Source: Candidatus Cloacimonadales bacterium
GTDB lineage: Bacteria; Cloacimonadota; Cloacimonadia; Cloacimonadales; JAIOQZ01
NCBI GenBank assembly: GCA_963674825.1
Contig: OY771587.1
Coordinates: 2,176,001 to 2,240,000, forward strand
Length of the DNA stretch: 64,000 nucleotides
Reading direction: 5' to 3'
The notes below the pieces were generated by a model that saw only the letters and a program-made list of their open reading frames with translations, was not told the origin of the DNA and did no database searches. Below are positions 20,443 to 31,300 of the stretch, in pieces. Positions within the stretch are counted from its first letter, which is position 1. The number at the start of each line of letters is the position of its first letter. The position numbers and the translations under genes were made by a program.

Positions 20443-22062
20443 ATGCGATACCTTTGTATAGCCATCTTACTCACTATTAACGTTCTTTTAATTGCCAACA
20501 ACCAGCTCGATATTGTATGGCAGCAACACGGTGAACAAGCAAACGACAATTTTGGCATGAATGTCGTAGCTCTTGATTTCAACGGTGACAATATTGACGA
20601 TCTGGCTGTGACAGCTTACCGTTACTATCTTGATGCGGAACATACCAATCAAAGAGGCAGGCTATACATATATTTTGGCTCTGATGATGGATTAGCTGAT
20701 TCAGCAGATATTACTATTTCGACTCCTGTCGATACAAGTAAAGCATACATTGATTCATGGATATTCTTAGAGAACCTTGGCGACATGAACGGTGACAATT
20801 GCGATGATTTGGGATATCGTCATGCCTATGGAACATACGATGGGGGTTATCATTACTATAACTTCATTGGCATAATGCTCGGCAGCACCATAAACGACAC
20901 GATCCAGGATTATACATTCGATGCAAGTACATCAAGCTGCGAAATTCATTCACTCGGCGACATCAACGGCGACGGGTACGACGACGCGGGTGTAACGGAA
21001 GAAAAAAGCAACCATCTCACCTACTCGATCATCTACGGTGGCAGCTTCGAGAAGGTGGTGTTTGTTGACAGCATCTATACGCATAATGGACGTGGATTCC
21101 GAGGACTTGGTGACGTGAACAATGACGGCTACGATGATTTCAGCTATTATTACGAGGGGGATTATGTTGATAATACCGATGGAACCAATACGTACTATCA
21201 CTATGATCGCTTCTTCTGGGGCGGAACCATACAGGACACGATCCCGGATGCATCGCTCGATTATGAAAGACGTACATATGGTACTTCAAATTGGTATGAG
21301 CTTACACCTGCAGGCGACTGGGATGGAGATGGATATGACGATTTTGCATTCACCTATTATGATATCGACGAAGAATTCACTGCCCTTGGTACCCGTTTGT
21401 GGCGAGGCGGTGAAACGATCGATTGGGATCGATATACGTATATTGAGACATACAATTTTTTCAGACCAGCAGTAGGAGATATTAACGGAGACCAGAAGAT
21501 TGACTACGTTGATACTTATCCAACGGAATATGGGGGATGCCTTTATTTCTATCTCGGTAATCAAAACGGAACAAAGGATTATGATGAATTCGATGGGCAT
21601 TATGGTTATGGTCCCAGCGCTGTCGGAGATTTCAATAATGATGGATTCGATGACATTGCTGTGGGGGCTTGGGGGCAGAACTGGGATAATCCAAACAACT
21701 ATGGCGATGTCTATGTCTATGGCGGCCATGCCGGATTAGTTGAACAAGATCCGACACCGATTGACGACGAGACCGTGCCACCTCCGGATATCACGTTCAA
21801 TGCCTACCCCAATCCGTTCAATCCGGAGGTGTCGTTCGAGATCAAGACGGATACCGAATATCATGATTTGACGATAGAAATCTATAATATACGAGGGCAA
21901 AAGGTGGAAACCCTCTTCACCCCCCTGATAAGGGGGGACAAAGGGGGGTTATCTTCAACCATCACCTGGAATGCCGGAAATCATGCGAGCGGGGTCTACT
22001 TCTGTAAGCTAAGGATGGACGGACATGTCATCCAGACGAAGAAGGTTACGTTGATGAAATAG
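20443..22062 (+). CDS. Secreted FG-GAP (integrin-alpha-like) repeat protein with FlgD-Ig/T9SS-like tail
   Basis: Seven GD(F/I/M/V/W)NGDG.DD-type repeats; AYPNPFNP...YNIRGQKV...SGVYF...KKVTLMK. Confidence 0.88.
   Translation: MRYLCIAILLTINVLLIANNQLDIVWQQHGEQANDNFGMNVVALDFNGDNIDDLAVTAYRYYLDAEHTNQRGRLYIYFGSDDGLADSADITISTPVDTSKAYIDSWIFLENLGDMNGDNCDDLGYRHAYGTYDGGYHYYNFIGIMLGSTINDTIQDYTFDASTSSCEIHSLGDINGDGYDDAGVTEEKSNHLTYSIIYGGSFEKVVFVDSIYTHNGRGFRGLGDVNNDGYDDFSYYYEGDYVDNTDGTNTYYHYDRFFWGGTIQDTIPDASLDYERRTYGTSNWYELTPAGDWDGDGYDDFAFTYYDIDEEFTALGTRLWRGGETIDWDRYTYIETYNFFRPAVGDINGDQKIDYVDTYPTEYGGCLYFYLGNQNGTKDYDEFDGHYGYGPSAVGDFNNDGFDDIAVGAWGQNWDNPNNYGDVYVYGGHAGLVEQDPTPIDDETVPPPDITFNAYPNPFNPEVSFEIKTDTEYHDLTIEIYNIRGQKVETLFTPLIRGDKGGLSSTITWNAGNHASGVYFCKLRMDGHVIQTKKVTLMK
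21909..21950. repeat. REP-like palindrome inside coding sequence
   Basis: CCCCCCT-GATA-AGGGGGG perfect hairpin followed by ACAAAGGGGGGTT; translated in frame as TPLIRGDKGGL. Confidence 0.6.
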
Positions 22063-22165
22063 TGCATTAAATCATCAGATCATCACAATCACTTCGTGAT
22101 TACTTAGCATGTCATACTGTTATTCTGTGTCACCCTGAGCTTCTCGAAGCACGACACGGCTGTAG

Positions 22166-22196
22166 AAAAAGAAAGGCAGGCCCGTTGACCTGCCCT
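22166..22196 (-). terminator. Rho-independent terminator (minus strand)
   Basis: Plus-strand A-run followed by GGCAGG...CCTGCC, just downstream of the minus-strand gene ending at 22214. Confidence 0.6.
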
Positions 22197-22213
22197 AAGA
22201 AGAATTGGAATAA

Positions 22214-25200
22214 CTATTTAACTGCCCTGACAACATAGAACAAGCGTTCGCCGTTGTATGGCAGGAAGCAGCTTGTATCAACCGCGTTTTGCACGAAGTT
22301 GGTGAATTCGCCTTCCGGATCGATATCGGAGTAGATATTGTAGCTGGTCGCGCCTTCAACGGGCTGCCAGTTCAGGAGATAACCGCTATCGACCTCCTCT
22401 ATGACCAACCAGGACGGTGCTGCCGGAGCCGGATTTTCTTCCTGATAGAGTTCCATGATCTCCGCCTCGAGCAGCGCTCGGTTGTACATACGAATATCGT
22501 CGATATCACCGTCGAAATAGCGTCCACCAGGCTGCCAGCGAGCGATGTTGAGCTGGGGATTGACGTAGTTGATTTCATCGGTCGATGCCACGAGCTGGTC
22601 TTGCATGACCCCGTTTATGTATGTGGAGAGAACATTTCCCGATTTCATGCATACGACATGTGTCCACTCGTTAAAAGGCAGATCGAAATATGCAGAACCC
22701 TGCGGAGCTGTTCCAAGATGGTATCGTCCATCGCTCTCGTTGAACTGCACCACCCAATTGACGGTGTCAGTGTGATTATTGTCGATGATGGCGGTGTAGA
22801 AATAATTGATCTGATCCTGATTGACCCAGAAAGAAAGGGTGAAATCGTCGTATGTGAACCAGCTTCCGCAGGTCATGTAGTCGTCGATACCATCGAAGTT
22901 GTAGCAACCGCCTGCGTTTCCGAAGCGATCGATTCCCTCTGCTGGATTACCGAATGGCGTGGCATTGTGGTAATTACCGCTATAGTCCAGCGCGTCGCCA
23001 TTGAATGGATACCAGGCGACCAGCCCTTCGCTGGTGTCGGTGTCGGCCACGTGGATGTCTCGGGAAAGTCCTTCGCCGGTCATGCAGTTGTAGGTTCCTT
23101 TGCGGATATCGGACATGCCGACGTCCCATGTCAGGATGGATGTCAATTCCCCGCTGAACGCTGGATTCTCGGATGTAATGCCGACATTATCCACGTACCA
23201 CTGGAAGGGGCCTGTCAGGATTTCCGAGAAGAATCGAACGGTCCCGGAGATGGGGTTACCGCTCTGCAAGACGATCCACTGCTCTTCGTTGCCTTTGACA
23301 TCGACACGGTTGTTTGTCCACGTACCGTTTTGGGTGGCATCTCCAAACAGATTGACGTACAGCCAGTATCCGCCAGGGTTGTTACGGATGATCCCATTGT
23401 TGATAATATCTCCAAAGAAATCTACCTCGCAAGTGTTCCAGGAGAAGTTTTGCAGCGTTCCGTTTAGCACTACATCTCCCATGAAATCGACATTGCTGTC
23501 GGCTACCTGAATGATCCCGTCCAGGTTTACATCCATTAAATCGAGGTTCTGGATATAAGCGTTACCGGACATGGAGAGGTTTGCGCCGTTGGTTTCGATT
23601 ACTCCTTCCATCATGTGACCGCCATTGAGCGTCAAAGTGCTGCCATTCAGCATATTGAATGTGCAATTGTTAAGGTCGATGGTTGTGTTGATGAACTGAA
23701 CGCTCGAATCGAGATAGATATCGATTGGAATCGCAGGACCGTGGAAGTAAGTGATCCCCAGAGTGCCTTCATTGCTGCATGTGATGTGTTGATCCGTCGA
23801 TCCCTGCATATAGAAGTTAAAGGGAGCGATAGGGCCGTTGTTCTCGAAGTCGCCGTAGAGATTGATATTGAGATTGTAACCCAAGGGGCTGCTCTCGATG
23901 GTTCCGTTGTTGATCAGATTATTGTGAAACCAGACTGCATAGGAATTGTTGGATAGATTTCGCAGAATACCGTGGTTCACCAGATCCCCATAGAAATGGA
24001 CATTGCCATCGGAAATCAGCGTAGTTCCGTCGAGCTGTGCGTCGTACAAGTTGAGCGCTTTAATACGGGTGTTGCTCTCGCAGTATATCATTGCTTCGTC
24101 TGCTTCGATAGTTCCATCATAGAGCTGGCAATTGGTGAGAGACAGGGTATCGCCGTTTCCCAGAAAAAGCGAATTACCGTTGAGATCGATCTGAGAATTG
24201 ATGAACGAGATATCGCCGACGAAATTGATTGATCCACCACTGGTGTTACCGTGGAATATGTAGGCCGTGAAGGGGTCTCCGCCCGGTGCGGACAGTTCCT
24301 GTTCACTGGATGTCATATACCAGTTGTAGATATTCCAGGTACCGTTATTTTCGATATTTCCGGCGATATTGAGATTCAGGTAGTATCCGGCAGGGCTGTT
24401 GCGAATCGTTCCGTTATTGATAAAGTCTCCATCGATATTGAGTGTGTAACTATTGTTCGAGAAGTTCTGCAGAATACCGTCGTTGATTACGGACGTCATA
24501 AGGGTGACATTATTACCGTATATCTGTGTTGTGCCAGTGAGATAGATCGTATCAATGGTTAGGGCTTCGAACCGACATGTATTTTCTGAGTTGATTGTGG
24601 CCTGGTTACCGGTGACCACTGACTCGGATAAGATGCAGTGATCGAGGTCCAGGGTGTTTCCATATTGCAATTCGAGGTAGCAGCCATTCAAGTCGATATC
24701 GGTGTTTATGAAGGAGATATCGGTATCGAACGTCAAGGTCGCGTCGCTCGAAGTGCCATAAAAGTAGTCAATTGCAAAGGGAGTACCGTCTTCAGAGCCA
24801 ATGTGCTGATCGAGACCCATGAGATAGATACGATAAAGATCGACATTGCCGAAGTTGTTGAAGTCGCTGTAAAGGTATAATGTCAGGTAGCTTCCGAGTG
24901 GGTTGTTCCTGAGTGTTCCCTCGTTAATGAGTGTTCCGTGGAAGTTGACCGAATAGGAACTTCCAGAATGATTTCGGATATCGCCGTAGTTGAAGATATC
25001 ACCATACAGATCGACGTTGTTGGCGAAATTGATTACGCCGTACAGGTGGCCGTCGGTGATGCTGCTGTTTTGAATATATCCCGAAGATGTCATGGTCAGG
25101 TTGTTGTAATCCAGATGCAGGTCGATCTCTTTTACATATAAAGCGTTTTCAATACTGATATTGTATGCTGTCATATACAGCGAGTGATTGTTGAAGTCAA

Positions 25201-25699
25201 ACGAGCTGTTCTGGAAATTGAGATCGGATTGCGCAATGACATCTCCGGCGGTCTTGTCATTATAGATGTAGCTGGAAGTAACCGGTTGTGTCATGGTTAC
25301 GTTCTGCGTGTTACAGCCGGTAAAATAGAGCTGATAGATCGAAAAGACACCGTTGTTCTCGAGGTTCCCGTGGAGATTGATGTTGAACAGGTATCCGCCG
25401 GGGTTATTCTGCAGTGTTCCGTTATTAACGAGATTGCCAGTGATGGTCAGTGTATACGAGTAGTTATAGTTAGTCAGACTTCCGCCGGCGTCAATGGCCA
25501 AATCCGCGCAGGTTCGGTTGTCTGCTGTTACGGGGCCGGTGATTACCACGTTATCGGTGCTTGCTGGGACAATATTGCCGACCCAAGTCGCCTCATTTCC
25601 CCAGAATCCGCCAGTTGGCTGCGAGTAGATGGTTTCAGCGTAAAGAAATCCTGTTAGAATGGGTAATAGCAAGTATGCGAAAGATAATGCTTTTCTCAC
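22214..25699 (-). CDS. Large secreted protein: five long beta-rich repeats, LamG/ConA-like domain, C-terminal FN3-like domain
   Basis: Signal peptide; five copies of G..(R/Q/E)(N/S).P.G.; GLVAWYPFNG...DRFGN...FTLSFW...WTHVV...FDGDIDDIRMYNRAL; GTG start after AAGGAG. Confidence 0.8.
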   Translation of the reverse strand: MRKALSFAYLLLPILTGFLYAETIYSQPTGGFWGNEATWVGNIVPASTDNVVITGPVTADNRTCADLAIDAGGSLTNYNYSYTLTITGNLVNNGTLQNNPGGYLFNINLHGNLENNGVFSIYQLYFTGCNTQNVTMTQPVTSSYIYNDKTAGDVIAQSDLNFQNSSFDFNNHSLYMTAYNISIENALYVKEIDLHLDYNNLTMTSSGYIQNSSITDGHLYGVINFANNVDLYGDIFNYGDIRNHSGSSYSVNFHGTLINEGTLRNNPLGSYLTLYLYSDFNNFGNVDLYRIYLMGLDQHIGSEDGTPFAIDYFYGTSSDATLTFDTDISFINTDIDLNGCYLELQYGNTLDLDHCILSESVVTGNQATINSENTCRFEALTIDTIYLTGTTQIYGNNVTLMTSVINDGILQNFSNNSYTLNIDGDFINNGTIRNSPAGYYLNLNIAGNIENNGTWNIYNWYMTSSEQELSAPGGDPFTAYIFHGNTSGGSINFVGDISFINSQIDLNGNSLFLGNGDTLSLTNCQLYDGTIEADEAMIYCESNTRIKALNLYDAQLDGTTLISDGNVHFYGDLVNHGILRNLSNNSYAVWFHNNLINNGTIESSPLGYNLNINLYGDFENNGPIAPFNFYMQGSTDQHITCSNEGTLGITYFHGPAIPIDIYLDSSVQFINTTIDLNNCTFNMLNGSTLTLNGGHMMEGVIETNGANLSMSGNAYIQNLDLMDVNLDGIIQVADSNVDFMGDVVLNGTLQNFSWNTCEVDFFGDIINNGIIRNNPGGYWLYVNLFGDATQNGTWTNNRVDVKGNEEQWIVLQSGNPISGTVRFFSEILTGPFQWYVDNVGITSENPAFSGELTSILTWDVGMSDIRKGTYNCMTGEGLSRDIHVADTDTSEGLVAWYPFNGDALDYSGNYHNATPFGNPAEGIDRFGNAGGCYNFDGIDDYMTCGSWFTYDDFTLSFWVNQDQINYFYTAIIDNNHTDTVNWVVQFNESDGRYHLGTAPQGSAYFDLPFNEWTHVVCMKSGNVLSTYINGVMQDQLVASTDEINYVNPQLNIARWQPGGRYFDGDIDDIRMYNRALLEAEIMELYQEENPAPAAPSWLVIEEVDSGYLLNWQPVEGATSYNIYSDIDPEGEFTNFVQNAVDTSCFLPYNGERLFYVVRAVK

Positions 25700-25839
25700 A
25701 TGTGCTCCTTATTTTCATCCTCTCGAAGTGAATGTGTAGTTATGTGCAATTATTGACGAGAAAACGTGTATGTCAAAACAATTTAGCGAATTTATAAGAT
25801 ACGGTGAAGTCGTTAAAGCCTAGAAACAAGAAAAATTGG

Positions 25840-25868
25840 TTGACAAACGAGTGTGTATGGATGATATT
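25840..25868 (+). promoter_or_regulatory. Putative sigma70 promoter of feoB
   Basis: TTGACA 25840-25845, 17 nt spacer, GATATT overlapping the operator. Confidence 0.55.
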
Positions 25869-25893
25869 GAGAATGATAATCATTCTCAATATC
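25863..25893. promoter_or_regulatory. Fur-type iron-responsive operator
   Basis: Perfect 15-1-15 inverted repeat GATATTGAGAATGAT-A-ATCATTCTCAATATC; core GAGAATGATAATCATTCTC matches the Fur box GATAATGATAATCATTATC at 17/19; immediately upstream of feoB. Confidence 0.88.
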
Positions 25894-25904
25894 GAGGAGT
25901 CGGA

Positions 25905-28160
25905 ATGGAGCATGTAACCATCGCGCTGGCCGGAAACCCGAATTCGGGTAAGACAACGCTATTCAACGCACTTACGGGCGCAAAGCAGCGCATCGGGAAC
26001 TGGCCGGGTGTTACGGTTGAGCACAAGGAAGGCTCCTACCAGGAAGACGGTATTCGCATTGATGTGATCGATCTACCGGGAATTTATTCTTTCTCGGCTT
26101 GGTCAGTTGACGAAAAAGTTTCTCGCGAATATATCCTCTATCAGAAGCCGGACGTTGTGGTGAACATCATCGACGCCTCTAATCTGGAGCGAAACCTCTA
26201 CCTGACCACTCAGTTGCTGGAAATCAAGGCACCGGTTGTTGTAGCGCTTAACATGCTCGACGTGGTGCAGAAACAGAAAATTCGCATTGAGATCGATCAT
26301 CTCGAGCAGCATCTCGGCTGCCCGGTGGTGCCGATGGTGGCCAGCCGGAAAGAGGGTCTGGATGCGCTGAAACAGAAGATCCTGGAGATTGCGAAGAGCC
26401 GACAGATTTCACCTACGCGTGTAGCATACGATTCAGTTGTTGAATCAGCCCTTGGCGATCTGGAAAAACAGGTCGAGCCTGTCGCGCAGGAGCAGAAAGT
26501 CAATCCTCGCTGGCTGGCGATCAAGCTTCTGGAGAGGGATCCGATCGCGAAGGAGATCACGGAAGGAAGATTTGACCAGAACACCGAGCAACACGCAGCG
26601 AAGATTGAAAAGCATGTGGGCGACAGCATCGAGATCGTTATCGCGGATGGCCGTTACGGATTCATTCATGGCTTGGTAAAAGATGTTACTCACCGCGACT
26701 TCGAGTTCAGAAAGACAGTTTCGGACAGCATCGACCGCGTGATTCTTAACCGCATTCTGGGTATCCCGATTTTTCTGGCGGTGATGTATCTCCTCTTTTT
26801 CATGACCATTAACCTGGGCAATCCGTTTATCTACTTCTTCGACCGGTTGTTTGGAGCGATTTTCGTCGACGGCTTCGCTACTGTATTGGAATCGTTCGGC
26901 ACGCCTGCATGGCTGACGATGTTCTTGGCAAAAGGGCTCGGAGAAGGCATCCGCGTGGTGTCCACCTTCATACCGCCCATCTTCTTCATTTTCCTGTTCC
27001 TTTCGTTCCTGGAAGACTCCGGCTACATGGCGCGCGCGGCGTTTGTGATGGATCGTTTCATGCGTGTGATCGGGCTGCCCGGTAAGGCCTTCATCCCCAT
27101 GTTGATCGGCTTTGGTTGTAACGTCCCCGCCATCATGGCGACCCGTACACTGGAAAACCACCGCGACCGTATTCTTACAGTTCTGGTCAACCCGCTGATG
27201 TCCTGTGGCGCACGCATTCCGGTTTATGTGCTGTTCGCGACCATCTTCTTCCCGCAGCACGGCGGAACGCTGATTTTCGGCCTCTATATGACCGGCATTC
27301 TGCTGGCGATTATCTCCGGTCTCCTCTTCAAACGCACGTTACTTCGCGGCGAGACCTCTACTTTCGTGATGGAGCTGCCGCCGTATCATATCCCCACATT
27401 CAACGGGGTCATGCTGCACACCTGGATTAGGCTCAAGTCGTTTATATTCCGCGCCGGGCGTCTGATTATGATCTTCATTATTCTGCTCAGCATCCTCGGT
27501 TCACTGGGAACGGATGGCAAGCTAAAGGGCGAGTTTTCGGAAGACTCGGTTCTTACCGCGATCGGGAAGTTCATCGCGCCGGTGTTCCGTCCCATGGGAG
27601 TACAAAAGGACAACTGGGAAGCAGCTGTTGGCTTGTTTACGGGTATCTTCTCCAAGGAAGCGGTAGTGGGTACGCTTAACGCGCTCTACGCTCGAGTTGA
27701 TAGCGGCCAGGAAGGAGCCGGATTCGATTTCTGGGGAGAAGTGGGGACGTCGTTTCGCCAGCTTCCAGTGGATCTCTACGACGCGCTTCGCTCATTCACC
27801 GATCCTCTGGGAATCTCCTCCGAGCTGAAAGAATCAAAAGCAGATGAATCGCTGGGAGAGGTCTTTAGGCAGAAGTTCCCCGATCCGATGTCGGTGATCG
27901 CGTATCTTCTGTTTATTCTGATTTATACGCCCTGTATCGCAGCCATTGCCGCGACCTATCGCGAGACGAACGCCGGATGGGCAATCTTTTCGGTGGTGTA
28001 TCTGACCGGTCTGGCCTGGATTATCGCAACGTTGTTCTATCAGGTCTCCAGCTTTGCCATGCATCCGGGGACGTCGGCTATCTGGATCGGAAGCCTGGTC
28101 GCTGTGCTGGTGGGATTTTACGTGGCACTCAAGTTATGGAGAGCCCCCGAAGCCATATGA
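25905..28160 (+). CDS. feoB: Ferrous iron transporter FeoB
   Basis: GNPNSGKT, GNWPGVTVE, DLPGIYS, LEDSGYMARAAF, GFGCNVP, MELPPY, YTPC; GAGGAG before ATG 25905. Confidence 0.97.
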   Translation: MEHVTIALAGNPNSGKTTLFNALTGAKQRIGNWPGVTVEHKEGSYQEDGIRIDVIDLPGIYSFSAWSVDEKVSREYILYQKPDVVVNIIDASNLERNLYLTTQLLEIKAPVVVALNMLDVVQKQKIRIEIDHLEQHLGCPVVPMVASRKEGLDALKQKILEIAKSRQISPTRVAYDSVVESALGDLEKQVEPVAQEQKVNPRWLAIKLLERDPIAKEITEGRFDQNTEQHAAKIEKHVGDSIEIVIADGRYGFIHGLVKDVTHRDFEFRKTVSDSIDRVILNRILGIPIFLAVMYLLFFMTINLGNPFIYFFDRLFGAIFVDGFATVLESFGTPAWLTMFLAKGLGEGIRVVSTFIPPIFFIFLFLSFLEDSGYMARAAFVMDRFMRVIGLPGKAFIPMLIGFGCNVPAIMATRTLENHRDRILTVLVNPLMSCGARIPVYVLFATIFFPQHGGTLIFGLYMTGILLAIISGLLFKRTLLRGETSTFVMELPPYHIPTFNGVMLHTWIRLKSFIFRAGRLIMIFIILLSILGSLGTDGKLKGEFSEDSVLTAIGKFIAPVFRPMGVQKDNWEAAVGLFTGIFSKEAVVGTLNALYARVDSGQEGAGFDFWGEVGTSFRQLPVDLYDALRSFTDPLGISSELKESKADESLGEVFRQKFPDPMSVIAYLLFILIYTPCIAAIAATYRETNAGWAIFSVVYLTGLAWIIATLFYQVSSFAMHPGTSAIWIGSLVAVLVGFYVALKLWRAPEAI

Positions 28161-28396
28161 CCCTTTGATACGATTCGCTACGCGGGGTGGCTCAGTCTAC
28201 GAGTCTTACTTCCGAGAGTCCGAACTTGCGCGTAGCTATGCGTGGTCATTTGAATGTTAGATGATTTTTTCAGATCGAGGCTGCATTCTCCATTACATTC
28301 ATATTCTTCAGTTCACCCGGAGATTTTCCTTTACACGCATGCACAGTTACCTATTTTAATACCGAAAATCAATAGAAGTCGATACAGGAGGAAGCT

Positions 28397-31300
28397 ATGA
28401 GTCAACAGGGCTACTATCATTATCCGGATGTCAGAAAGAATTTTATTGTGTTCGTCAGCGAGGACGATATCTGGCGCGTACCACTTCGTGGAGGCATTGC
28501 TCGACGCCTGACCGCGAATTTTTCAACAGTGGTGAAACCGAAGATATCCCCCAACGGACGTCATATCGTATTCACAGCCTATGAAGAGGGCCATACCGAG
28601 CTTTACCTGATGGACGCGAAGGGTGGAGAACCAACTCGTCTGACATATTTCGGAGCCTACTTATGGCCGCTTGGATGGACGCCGGATTCGAAGGAAATCC
28701 TGTTTGTCAGCAATTTCAATCAGGCTTTCGAAAGCAGTATCTACAAGATTGGCCTCAAGGGTGGTGAACCTGAGTTGGTGAAAGTTGGCTACGCCAGCGA
28801 CATAAGCAACGGCGAAAAGGGAGTCGTGATTGGCCGTCATACGCGTGACGCAGCACGCTGGAAACGCTATAGAGGCGGCACGGCAGGCGAATTCTGGATC
28901 GATCTAGAAGGCAATGGCGATTTCAAGCCGTTCCTCAAGGATATCTCGAATAAAACCAATCCAATGTGGATCGGCGACCGCATTTATTTTCTGTCCGACC
29001 ATGAAGGGATTTCTAATATCTACTCGGTTACTCCGAAAGGTAAGGACATCAAGCGCCATACCGATCAGCGCGAGTTCTTCGCGCGCAATGCCAGCACAGA
29101 TGGTAAAAATATTGTCTATCAGGCTGGTGGAGACCTCTTTATCTACGATATCGAGGCCGATACGGAGACGAAACTCAAGATCGAGTACCACAGCAGCCGC
29201 ACGCAGGTGCAGCGCAAGTATGTGAGCGCAAGCCGCTATCTGCAGTACTTCGATCTGAGCAAGGAAGGCACTCACATGGTTACCGTCGTGCGAGGTAAGG
29301 TGCAGTCGTTTGCCAACTGGTCCGGCCCGGTGCGTCGCTGGGGTGAGAACTGGCAGGCACGCTACCGGATGCCGAGATGGCTGAACGATGGTAAGCGCTT
29401 CGTGGTAGTTTCCGACGAACTGGATGGCGAGGACAGGCTCCTCGTCGTCGATACGGAGAAGGGCAAAGAAAAGCTTCTGGATAAGCTCAACCTGGGGCGT
29501 ATCCATGGTATCAGTACCGCACCCAAGGGTGAACTGATCATGGTGACCAATCATCGCAACGAGATGATCAAGGTGGATGTCAAAGCTGAGACGGCGGATG
29601 TGCTCGACTGCAGCGATTTCGTCCGTATTGATTTGGGATCATGGAGTCCGGACGCACGGTGGTTCTCATACTCGTATTTCAATACACAGCAGACAGCGTT
29701 GATCCGTATTATCGAGGTCGAGACCGGCGAAATCCACGATGTATCCAATCCATTACGGTATGATTATGATCCCGCATTTTCACCGGATGGCCGCTATCTT
29801 TATTTTCTTGGACATCGCGAGTTCATTCCGATTTACGACTCCGTGCAATTCGAGCTGAGTTTCATGAAATCGACGAAAATCCTGTGCATTCCACTTCAAA
29901 AAGAGACGCCATCGCCATTCGTTCCTGTCCCGCATGGACCGGGAATACCGGATACGAAAAGTGGCAAAAACGGCAAGAACGGAAAAGATAAGAAGGACGA
30001 CGAGCTCAAGGTCGAGATTGATTTCGACGGTATCACCGAAAGAACGGTTGCATGTCCGTTAGCGCCGGGCGAATACGGTATTCTTAACGTGCTCGATAAA
30101 AAACTCATCTTTGAGGAAGCTCCGCGAGATGGCCTGCCGATAGATTACAGCAGTAATAATGACGGTAAATCGAGATACATGTTGAAGGTGTACGATCTGG
30201 AGAAATTGCAGGAAGATACAATTCTTACCGGTCTCGACGACTATTGTATTTCCCTTGATAGCAAGGGTATGGCCGTGCATATGGATGGCGAGCTGATCGT
30301 TCTCAAGCCAGGTGACAAGCCCAATACAAAAGCTAAGAATCCTTATTCGGTAGAAGGCGGCAAGATTGATATGAATCGCATACGTACGCTGATTTCGCCT
30401 TACGAAGAATGGCATCAGATGTACCGCGAAGCCTGGTTGCTTCAGCGCGAGCATTTTTGGACGCCGAATATGAGCGGTGTCGATTGGAATCTCATCTACA
30501 ACCGCTATCTTCCACTTCTTGAGCGCATCGGATCCCGTCACGAGTTCTCTGACATCGTCTGGGAGATGCAGGGAGAATTGGGGACGTCACACTGCTATGA
30601 GTTCGGTGGTGATTACCGCAAGGTTCCGCGTTATTACATCGGCAAGCTGGGCTGTACTTACAAGCTTGCACCTTCGGGACGATACTATCTGATCGATACG
30701 ATTATCCGCTCCGGTTCGAACACGGCGAACGAAGCTTCTCCGCTGGTTCAGCCGGGCGTGAATGTCGAAGAAGGCGATCAACTTCTGGCTATCAACGGCA
30801 TGAAGGTCGATCGCAATCGATCCCCGCGCGAATGCCTCCTCAACCTGGGCGGACAGGAAGTAACCCTAACCGTCCGCAAGCCGGGAGAACGCAAGACGCG
30901 CGATGTGGTCGTCAAAACTATGATGAACCAAAACAGCTTGTTCTATCGTGCGTGGGTCGAGAGCAATCGTCGCTATGTGCATGAGAAGAGTGGTGGCAAG
31001 GTCGGATACGTGCATGTGCCGGATATGGGTACGGACGGATTCTCCGAGTTCCACAGACTTTTCCTCACCGAAAGCCGGTTTGACGCGCTACTCGTCGATG
31101 TGCGCTACAATGGTGGTGGACACGTTTCGCCGCTTCTGCTCGAGAAGATCAAGCGCACGCCAAACGCATGGGTCGCGACGCGTTGGTCGAAACAACCGGA
31201 GGCCTATCCGGACTGCGCTGTCGCAGGTCCGAAGTGTGCCCTGACAAACGAATACGCCGGCTCCGATGGCGATATCTTCAGCCATTCGTTCAAGATGATG

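Noticed and set aside
22289..23467. Long antisense ORFs (also 270-1082, 39623-40582, 46490-47575, 53449-54312)
   Set aside because: They lie opposite well-supported genes, have no motifs, and are typical codon-bias shadows.
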